Assembly: GCA_937968065.1 (NCBI GenBank) | Contig: CALBUD010000033.1 | Location: 1-32,000, forward strand | Length of the DNA: 32,000 nucleotides | Direction of reading: 5' to 3' | From: Candidatus Iainarchaeum sp. | GTDB lineage: Archaea > Iainarchaeota > Iainarchaeia > Iainarchaeales > CSSED10-239 | Shown here: positions 15,486 through 22,718 of the stretch, one piece after another | Layout: the number at the start of each line of letters is the position of its first letter | Numbering within the stretch: position 1 is the first letter of the stretch | The notes under the pieces: generated by a model | Told to the model about the DNA's origin: nothing | Seen by the model: the letters and a program-made list of their open reading frames with translations, nothing else | The model's database searches: none | Program-made: the position numbers and the translations under genes

Positions 15486-18400
15486 TTATTTAAATTTACT
15501 TGGATTGTGCCATAACTTAATTATAGAATCCTCTATTTTTAAACAAACATTTTCATTATTTATTTGTTCGAAAACATCTTTCATGGTTTTATATGAAATG
15601 TTTGGTGACATGTTATTCATTAACACATTGTATATTTTAAAGTTGTTATCTACTTCATTTAGGATTGAAAACACACTCATGTTTTTAATATTTGTTATTT
15701 GTGGGTTTGAATAGATTGCAAAGTTTGAAGTTGTATCTTTAAGTAAGAATAAATTCTTACCAGAATAACTTCCAACATCTACATTTCCAGTTGCAGTATT
15801 TACAAGCTTACCAGAATAATTTTCATTAAAGTAGATTGGTCTTGAATCAATGAATCTATAGTTTGCCATATTTTCTAATGTAAAAATATATCCTTTCTGT
15901 ATCTCTGCCCAATCATTTACAGTGTATGTTGTTTTAGTATACTCAGGAAGGAAAGGTGCATTTAAAGAATTATTTGTTTGTGCAAACAATGGATTTATTG
16001 GATTAAAGAATAAAGGATTTTTAGAATATTCTTCATCTAAGTCATTTACTTTATCTCCAATCTTTATACTTAAATCATTTCCATTCTTTTTTAAAATAAT
16101 TAAATATTCTCCTGGAGAAGAAACATTTGTGTTTTCTGTATAAGTGTAATTATAATCATTAAAAAGACTTCTTGAAGTTTTATAACTTTTTAAAATATTT
16201 GTATTATATGGTTCATTAGTATTTGAAAACTTCTTTAATTTTGAAACAAATAAATTTGGAGAATCTCCAATAAACACTTCCATGTTTAAATAAAACTCTA
16301 TTTTTTGTGCATTTGTCAAATCATCATACTTAAAAGTTTCTAAGAAATATTCAACACTCATATAATGATTTCCTCCAAGCATTATTAGTGTATCAGGTAT
16401 TACAGAAATTCCTGTAACTTTTGTTTTAATAATTGTTATCTCTCTTAAATGTTTTGGAACCTTTTCAAGAATATCTTTTGCTTGTTTTATGTATGTTTCA
16501 AGTGTCTCTTTTTCATCAAATTCATTACATTCAACACAAAGATCAAGTACAGCATCTGATTTCTTAATACTTTCACCATCTTTATAAAATAATATTTCTC
16601 CAAGTTTTACTTTATCTTGAGTATTTTCTAAAGAATCTGCTTTCTTTTTTAAATAATCATAGAATTGTTCTTGATCACAATAATATTCTTCACAAGAAGT
16701 CTCTGTTATCTTATTTGAATCATATTCAAATAATATTTGATCAAATCCTAAAAGTTCATAATTTTCTTTTCCTGTAACTCCATCTTTTGAAGTTAAGGTA
16801 GGATCATAACAACTTAGATCTAAAGCTTCAGTTGTTACTGGTTTTGGAACACTTCCATCATCACAAACCCCTTGAACAGGTGACTTTCCATCATCACAAA
16901 CTTCTTGTACAGAAACACCTGAAATTGGATTGGTTTCAATTCTTGTATCCACACCAATCAAAGTATGTCCTTGAAGAACTGATTGTTGAGTGTTTGGATT
17001 TATTTGCATAATTGTAAAATTTATTCCTTCTTTTGTATTTTTATCTTTAAAGAAATCATAAATCTCTAATTTATTATTTTCGCGTCTATCATTATCAATA
17101 GTTTCAATTGGTCTTTCAAAACATAATTTAAAATAATGTTTTTTAATAAACTCAATACTTACCTTTAAAGGAGAAGTATAACTTTCATCAAGATAGAAAA
17201 GACCTAAATCTTGTATGTGTGAAGTTTCATTAATTCCATTTATAGGGAAGTCTTTTACCATACCCATAAAACATCTTTGAGCTGTTTCTTCTAAATCAAC
17301 TCTTCTAAATTTATTTTTTGTTAAAGCATCTTCAGGAACTTTAATAAACACAATGTTTCTTCCATCTCTTTGTATTTCTAAATCATATGTTAATTTGACA
17401 GAAGTATCCACAAATAATAATTCATCTGCTGTAAAAATACTATAATTTAAATCTTTTCCTAAAAACTCTTTAATAATCTCCCAGTTATCTCTATTATCTA
17501 AGATAAGCCATTGGAAATTATCTTTAAGTTCCATACCAACATTATGGTAGACTAATGAAGACATACCGTGTGGAGGTTGAAGACCAACTTGCAGCACAAA
17601 CTTTAAGTTAACCTCATCTTCTACATCTATAAGCATTCTTCTAAAAGTTGAAATCACTCCTGCTGCAATTGAATTTTGACCATATTTATTCATGTATGCT
17701 TTTGCAGAAGAAGTATTTTTAATCTCAGGATTTCTTCTTAAAGCTATATCCCATACTTCTATAGGTTTGTTTGTTTGAAGATCTGTTAAATAATCAACCT
17801 TTATAGGTTGTATTCTTCCTTGCATATCTCCAACATTTAAGAAAGAAACACCATCAAAATCAAGTGAAGTTAAATCTAAATAATTAACTTCAACAAGTCT
17901 GTATCCTTGATCAAAACAAGTGTTCATAACTTTTACTAATTGATACTTAGGATCAAAAATATTTGAAAAATCTAATTTTTGTGGAGTTACTTGTATACAT
18001 TTTGAAGGCATAAAACTTAATGGTAAAGTTACATTTACAGGAACCTCTCCAACAAGAGAATAAACATTTTCAGAAGCAAGAGAAGGTTTTGCTGTAACTG
18101 GAACTCTAAAAGTTCCCATTTCTTCTGCACCTGTAACTAAGACTTGTGTGCTTTGATTTGGTTCTAAAGTAAATTCTTTATCTGAAGAGACTACAACTCC
18201 ATAGTTTTGTTCAAGTTTAATATCAACTGCTTCTAGACAATTGTTTGTAACTGTAAATGGTCTTACAGGACAGTTCATACTATTTGTAAAACCCATACCT
18301 CCATAACCACCTTGCATATAAGGATCCATGAAGTTATAATAATTATAATTACTATATTGATTTTGGTATTGTGAAGTTGGATAATTATAAGGATAAACAG

Positions 18401-21400
18401 TTGAAGCTTGTTGTCCAAAATATCCTGTTTGTCCAACTAAGTTTTGTTGTGGGAAGTTATATCCTTGTTGTTGTGTCATATATCCTGGAGCATACTGATA
18501 TTGATTTAATGGATTAAATTGTCTGTTCATGTTATAACTTTGAGCATAATTTACTCCTCCAAAATATCCACCACTCATTTGTTGATTATAAAGAGCAGGA
18601 TTTAAGTTTCTATTAAACTGTCCTAAAGCTCCTTGTCCATAATATTGATCATACATACCCATTCCAGAAAACCAATTACATGCAATAACAGGAACTGGTT
18701 GTTGTGGAATATCTATACATTCTGAATAATTGTTAACTATAATGTTTGTTTTTAAACTTGATTTTATTTCATCAATACCATTCATGTTTCCTTTTAAAGA
18801 ACTAAAGTGAATGGTTGGAGAAGTAACTGAAGAAGTTACTTTATGAGCTTTAAACTTTAATGTTGCTGTTGTTTTTGTGTTTCTTGGCATGCTTGGAATT
18901 ATTATATTTTCTTGTAAGTTTTCAAGAATATATTCTCTATTATTTATAACTAAAGATAAAACACCAGATTCAGTTTTATTTTCCCAATCAACCATTGCAA
19001 TAATATTTCCTAAGTCAACAGCATTAAGATTTGAAGAACATTTATTCTCAATTGTAAAATCAATTGTTTTTTCTTCACTTGCAGTTGTTCTTATAGTTGC
19101 ATCTAAAGGCAATATTTTCAAACAATCAAGAGAATCAAGAGCGTTTCCTAAAACAACTCTAACAGTTACAGGAATATTTATCATCCAAGTTTTATTTAAT
19201 TCATCATTTCTAACTCTTACTTGAACAGTTGTTTTAATTGTTTGTTGTGTATAAAGATTAATTCCTTTTTCAGTTAAGGTTGCAACAAGTTCTACATCTG
19301 CTTGTGAATCTCCATTAATAATGTTTTCTGAAAGGTTTGTGTTTAATGTAACAAACTCATTATTTGTAGTTGTTGAAACTGAAACTATAGATAAAGGAAC
19401 AGAAGTGTTATTTAAAAGACTAAAATTATAAATCTCTCTAACATCTCTTGAAGTATCTAAATTAAGAATTATTTCTTGAGGAACAGGAGTTATAACTTTA
19501 TCATCTATAACAACAGATGTATCATTCATCCTATATTCGTTTTTTGTAACTATAATTCTTAAAGTATCATTTAGATCTGGTGCTGGAAGAATAAATCCAA
19601 ATAATCCTTGAGCATCTGTGTTTCCTGTTGTTATAACATAATCATTTAATAAAACATTAACATTTGCTTCAGGAACAACAGACCCTTGAGAATCTGTAAC
19701 TTTTAAAATAACATCATTTGGAAGAAGAGGAATTATTTTTCTTGGAAACATTTCAACTTGCATTTCTTTTGCTTCTTTAATATCTATTAATATGCTTTTT
19801 GAAAATACTTCTTCTCCATTTGAAATTAAAGATATTTTTACAACATCTGAAACATCATCAATCACTCTAAAACTTAAATCTCCTGAAATAAAATCATTTG
19901 AAGTTAAAGAACCAATTTCAATTTCTGAAAAGTCAGTTCCTGTTAAAAGATTTCCTGAAACTGAATTAATACTGTATTCTTGAAGTCTTACAGAGTTTCC
20001 TGTTGTTATTGAAAGATAAGAATTTGGAGCGTTCTTTCCTTCTAAAATATTAAGATTAAATGAAAGTCTATAATCATTATTTATTTGAGCATTATAATTA
20101 TCAATTATGTTTCTTGTAAGATTTGTTTGTGTGTTTCTAATACTTACACTATAACATAAAAGAGAAGAACATTGGTTTTGAGAACCTATAAATAAAATTG
20201 CTTGTTTTACTTGAGCATACAAAGGTTGTTTTGTTGAATTTGTTAAAGAATTATCAACAGGTGATCTAAAGATTGTTGAATTTTCAAAAAATTCAGCTCT
20301 ATAATTTACAAATTGGTTTTGAAGAGCTGTATCAAGAACAACTATATCTGCTTCAACTAAATAACTTCCTTCCATAGGGTTATTAATAGTTAAATTAAAC
20401 CATTTTGCATTTCTTAAAGTCTTGTTTGAAAAATCAGTTGTTTCTCCAAGACAAGGTGTAAAGGTTTCAGAACCTACAAAACTTGGTTTTGCAAATCTTA
20501 TTTCTTTTATGAAAAGATTATCTTCTAAAACATTATATGTTGTTGTTGAACAAGCAGGGCTTGGAGCATCACCGGTTCTTATGTGTGCAACTATTTTTGA
20601 ATATTTTTTACTTGCATTAACAACAAACTTTGCAGTTACTTGTTGACCTGAAGTTACAGAATTTATTTTTTCTCCTAAAGAATTATAAAAACCTATAAAC
20701 TCAATTGAAGAGGTGCTTGTTGTTCTTGGAAGAACAAATTCTAAATTTTTAATTTCTTCTGCTGAGATTTTATATCTTGGTGTTATTAACTTACTATCAT
20801 AATTATCAATTACAAAATAAACTTCTTTATCAGCTCTTATTTTTATAAAAGTAAAACCTTCTTGGTTTGTGCTTGTTATTTTATCTTCTAAGATTAAATC
20901 ATTAGAAGCATCATATACAAAAACATTTCCTTGATAATTTTCTCCAAAATCTGTTATTAAAGAAATATTAAATGTTCCTTCTCCAATAATCATTTTTATT
21001 TTTTGTTCATTTATTTCTTGTGGAACTATTCTAAATGGATTTGTGTGCTCTGATACAAAGTCTCCTTTAATAGCATCAAGTTTATATGTTTTTTCAGAAT
21101 CTAGATTTGGAATAACAACTTTACCATAAACGTCTGCTGTCATAGTTTTAATAACAATATTTTCTTCAGCATCCCAAAGTCTTACAACAGCAAAATCAAT
21201 TGGTTTAAAGAAAGCATCTTCAACAGTTACAAGTAAACTATTTAGATTTTCACTTGTAAGAGGATGTAGAATAACTTGTCTTACAGTATCTGATATTTTT
21301 AAATTATTTTCTGTTTTTATAATATAATTTTCATTATTAAAAATAACTTTATAAGTAATGTTTTCTTCAACACCGAAAGTTACAAGACCTTCTATGTTTG

Positions 21401-22511
21401 TTTGTAAGGTTTTAACTAATGTGTTTGATTTATATAAACTTACAGAAACATTTGGAATTGCTTCTTTTGAAACATTATCAATAACTTTAAACTTAAGATG
21501 TCCGATATATGCTTTTTCAAGAAGAACTTCTTTTTCTTCTAAAATATTCTCTGTAATTATTATTTGAATATTATCAAGTTCTGTTAATGGTTTATATCTA
21601 TCATCAAGATCATAAGATAAAACAGTATAAGTTCCAACTAAAAGATCATTAAAAACAACAACACCATTTGAGTTTGTAACTCCTTCTCTTGCTATTTGTT
21701 TTTCTTTATTTAAAATACCAATACTTAAATTATTAATTGGTGTTTTTAAATCTTTATCTAAAAATCTTAAAGAAACATTTCCTTTTCTTGATTCTTGGAA
21801 ACTTAAGTTTACTTCTTTAACAGTATTATCATTATCTACTAAAAAAGATTCAGTTGTATTTATTGTTGGAGAATTAATTAATATATTTAAATAACCACAA
21901 TCTGTTGGAACATCAGATAAAGTTAAAGTTCCATCATTTGTTATAAGATTTGTTTTTAAATAATTTGAATTTTCAGAACAAGTTATTTCTGAAACTGTTA
22001 ATGGAGAGGTAAAAAGTTCATTGTTTGATTTAAAATTAATTGTTTTTGAAAAGAAACCTGTTTTTGATGCTAAATAAACATTATAATTATTTTGAGTATT
22101 AAAGTTTACTGATAAAGGAGTTTCTAAAGAATATTTATCACTGTTAATTGCAAAGCTTAAAGATTCTTTTTTAACACCAGTAACTGTTGAAATTCCCATC
22201 TCATCTGTAACTAATAGTTTTTCTGTATCTCCAAACATAACTCTTATGGTTTCATTTGGAATTGGATTATTAAAAGAGTCTGTAAATCTTAAGGTATAAG
22301 AATCATCTGTTACAGGAGAACTGCCTATAAATAGATATACTAAAAATAATATTAATAAAAGAATAATAAGATTAAAAACAAAGAAAGTTGGGATTCCTTT
22401 TTTTTCTAAAGGATCAACAATCTTGTATAGATTTATACCTTTTTTTTCAAGATTATCTAACCATTTAAAGTATTTTTCTTCTTGTTTATAATAAAAAGAT
22501 CTAAGTCCCAT
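15486..22511 (-). CDS. Giant (2,341 aa counted from ATG 22511) membrane-anchored multi-domain surface protein with an embedded Q/N/Y/G-rich tract (protein D)
   Basis: The stop is TAA at 15488..15486. The ORF track begins at 22514, but that codon is TTG (plus-strand caa). The next codon is ATG (22511..22509). It gives MGLRSFYYKQEEKYFKWLD..., which aligns residue for residue with the MGLKKLYYNLEDRYYNFVE start of C.

- TM helix: FFVFNLIILLLILFLVYLFIG.
- Beta-sandwich repeats, for example LKVTDSQGSVVPEANVNVLL...TDAQGLFGFIL.
- Double-Cys block QCSSLLCYSV.
- N-x-C strands (IENKCSSNL, VTNNCLEAV, VMNTCFDQG).
- The C-terminal part shares YYCDQEQF, SPGEYLIILKK and IIKLWHNPSKF with module M of A and B. 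Confidence 0.9.
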   Translation of the reverse strand: MGLRSFYYKQEEKYFKWLDNLEKKGINLYKIVDPLEKKGIPTFFVFNLIILLLILFLVYLFIGSSPVTDDSYTLRFTDSFNNPIPNETIRVMFGDTEKLLVTDEMGISTVTGVKKESLSFAINSDKYSLETPLSVNFNTQNNYNVYLASKTGFFSKTINFKSNNELFTSPLTVSEITCSENSNYLKTNLITNDGTLTLSDVPTDCGYLNILINSPTINTTESFLVDNDNTVKEVNLSFQESRKGNVSLRFLDKDLKTPINNLSIGILNKEKQIAREGVTNSNGVVVFNDLLVGTYTVLSYDLDDRYKPLTELDNIQIIITENILEEKEVLLEKAYIGHLKFKVIDNVSKEAIPNVSVSLYKSNTLVKTLQTNIEGLVTFGVEENITYKVIFNNENYIIKTENNLKISDTVRQVILHPLTSENLNSLLVTVEDAFFKPIDFAVVRLWDAEENIVIKTMTADVYGKVVIPNLDSEKTYKLDAIKGDFVSEHTNPFRIVPQEINEQKIKMIIGEGTFNISLITDFGENYQGNVFVYDASNDLILEDKITSTNQEGFTFIKIRADKEVYFVIDNYDSKLITPRYKISAEEIKNLEFVLPRTTSTSSIEFIGFYNSLGEKINSVTSGQQVTAKFVVNASKKYSKIVAHIRTGDAPSPACSTTTYNVLEDNLFIKEIRFAKPSFVGSETFTPCLGETTDFSNKTLRNAKWFNLTINNPMEGSYLVEADIVVLDTALQNQFVNYRAEFFENSTIFRSPVDNSLTNSTKQPLYAQVKQAILFIGSQNQCSSLLCYSVSIRNTQTNLTRNIIDNYNAQINNDYRLSFNLNILEGKNAPNSYLSITTGNSVRLQEYSINSVSGNLLTGTDFSEIEIGSLTSNDFISGDLSFRVIDDVSDVVKISLISNGEEVFSKSILIDIKEAKEMQVEMFPRKIIPLLPNDVILKVTDSQGSVVPEANVNVLLNDYVITTGNTDAQGLFGFILPAPDLNDTLRIIVTKNEYRMNDTSVVIDDKVITPVPQEIILNLDTSRDVREIYNFSLLNNTSVPLSIVSVSTTTNNEFVTLNTNLSENIINGDSQADVELVATLTEKGINLYTQQTIKTTVQVRVRNDELNKTWMINIPVTVRVVLGNALDSLDCLKILPLDATIRTTASEEKTIDFTIENKCSSNLNAVDLGNIIAMVDWENKTESGVLSLVINNREYILENLQENIIIPSMPRNTKTTATLKFKAHKVTSSVTSPTIHFSSLKGNMNGIDEIKSSLKTNIIVNNYSECIDIPQQPVPVIACNWFSGMGMYDQYYGQGALGQFNRNLNPALYNQQMSGGYFGGVNYAQSYNMNRQFNPLNQYQYAPGYMTQQQGYNFPQQNLVGQTGYFGQQASTVYPYNYPTSQYQNQYSNYNYYNFMDPYMQGGYGGMGFTNSMNCPVRPFTVTNNCLEAVDIKLEQNYGVVVSSDKEFTLEPNQSTQVLVTGAEEMGTFRVPVTAKPSLASENVYSLVGEVPVNVTLPLSFMPSKCIQVTPQKLDFSNIFDPKYQLVKVMNTCFDQGYRLVEVNYLDLTSLDFDGVSFLNVGDMQGRIQPIKVDYLTDLQTNKPIEVWDIALRRNPEIKNTSSAKAYMNKYGQNSIAAGVISTFRRMLIDVEDEVNLKFVLQVGLQPPHGMSSLVYHNVGMELKDNFQWLILDNRDNWEIIKEFLGKDLNYSIFTADELLFVDTSVKLTYDLEIQRDGRNIVFIKVPEDALTKNKFRRVDLEETAQRCFMGMVKDFPINGINETSHIQDLGLFYLDESYTSPLKVSIEFIKKHYFKLCFERPIETIDNDRRENNKLEIYDFFKDKNTKEGINFTIMQINPNTQQSVLQGHTLIGVDTRIETNPISGVSVQEVCDDGKSPVQGVCDDGSVPKPVTTEALDLSCYDPTLTSKDGVTGKENYELLGFDQILFEYDSNKITETSCEEYYCDQEQFYDYLKKKADSLENTQDKVKLGEILFYKDGESIKKSDAVLDLCVECNEFDEKETLETYIKQAKDILEKVPKHLREITIIKTKVTGISVIPDTLIMLGGNHYMSVEYFLETFKYDDLTNAQKIEFYLNMEVFIGDSPNLFVSKLKKFSNTNEPYNTNILKSYKTSRSLFNDYNYTYTENTNVSSPGEYLIILKKNGNDLSIKIGDKVNDLDEEYSKNPLFFNPINPLFAQTNNSLNAPFLPEYTKTTYTVNDWAEIQKGYIFTLENMANYRFIDSRPIYFNENYSGKLVNTATGNVDVGSYSGKNLFLLKDTTSNFAIYSNPQITNIKNMSVFSILNEVDNNFKIYNVLMNNMSPNISYKTMKDVFEQINNENVCLKIEDSIIKLWHNPSKFK
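16853..16918 (-). repeat. 2 x 33-nt in-frame tandem duplication encoding VQ(E/G)VCDDG(K/S)
   Basis: Copy 1 (16853..16885) is ttccatcatcacaaaccccttgaacaggtgact. Copy 2 (16886..16918) is ttccatcatcacaaacttcttgtacagaaacac. The first 16 nt are identical and 24 of 33 match overall. The protein reads SVQEVCDDGKSPVQGVCDDGSVP. Confidence 0.8.
18275..18670 (-). other. Q/N/Y/G-rich, almost uncharged low-complexity (prion-like) tract inside D (~130 aa)
   Basis: The translation is GMGMYDQYYGQGALGQFNRNLNPALYNQQMSGGYFGGVNYAQSYNMNRQFNPLNQYQYAPGYMTQQQGYNFPQQNLVGQTGYFGQQASTVYPYNYPTSQYQNQYSNYNYYNFMDPYMQGGYGGMGFTNSM. It is flanked by ordinary beta-sandwich sequence: ECIDIPQQPVPVIACNW upstream and NCPVRPFTVTNNCLEAVDI downstream. 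Confidence 0.85.
20730..22300 (-). other. N-terminal array of carboxypeptidase-regulatory-like/PEGA-like repeats in D (approximate bounds)
   Basis: Consecutive ~80-aa units such as YTLRFTDSFNNPIPNETIRVMF...TDEMGISTV, LKFKVIDNVSKEAIPNVSVSLY...TNIEGLVTF and LLVTVEDAFFKPIDFAVVRLW...ADVYGKVVI. I assigned these by eye. Confidence 0.6.
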
Positions 22512-22519
22512 CAAATCAC

Positions 22520-22560
22520 ATTCTCTCTTATATATAATATATTATAATATTTAACAACAT
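22520..22560 (-). promoter_or_regulatory. Candidate TATA-like promoter element for the D-C-B-A unit
   Basis: The minus strand reads ATGTTGTTAAATATTATAATATATTATATATAAGAGAGAATGTGATTTG-ATG. The TATATATAA block ends about 18-20 nt upstream of the ATG. With archaeal TATA-to-start spacing that would give a leaderless or near-leaderless mRNA. No good SD has proper spacing here, unlike the internal genes. The whole spacer is AT-rich, so specificity is low. Confidence 0.25.
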
Positions 22561-22682
22561 AACCTTTTAAAAACTATCTTTATTTTTTTTATAAAGATAA
22601 TTGTATATTATATATTTATGTGCTTATATATTTAAATACCTTTTCATTAACATTAAAAAGTTAATATTTATAAAAATTCTTG

Positions 22683-22710
22683 TTTTTTTAAAAAAAATCT
22701 TTTTTTTAAG
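22683..22710 (-). terminator. Candidate oligo-T transcription stop after E
   Basis: The minus strand downstream of the TGA (22721..22719) reads TAATTTAACTT-AAAAAAAA-GA-TTTTTTTT-AAAAAAA-CAAG. The T8 is at plus 22690..22697. The following 207-nt spacer is the longest non-coding stretch in the window. Confidence 0.3.
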
Positions 22711-22718
22711 TTAAATTA

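Noticed and set aside
22512-22514. TTG start codon used by the ORF track for D (MMGLRSF...)
   Set aside because: The very next codon is ATG. Starting there gives MGLRSFYY..., which matches the MGLKKLYY... start of paralog C residue for residue. I therefore annotate the start at 22511.
22690-22707. A8-GA-T8 palindrome after the E stop as a rho-independent terminator hairpin
   Set aside because: The stem would be pure A:T with a 2-nt loop, which is sterically and energetically implausible. I keep only the oligo-T run as a weak terminator candidate.
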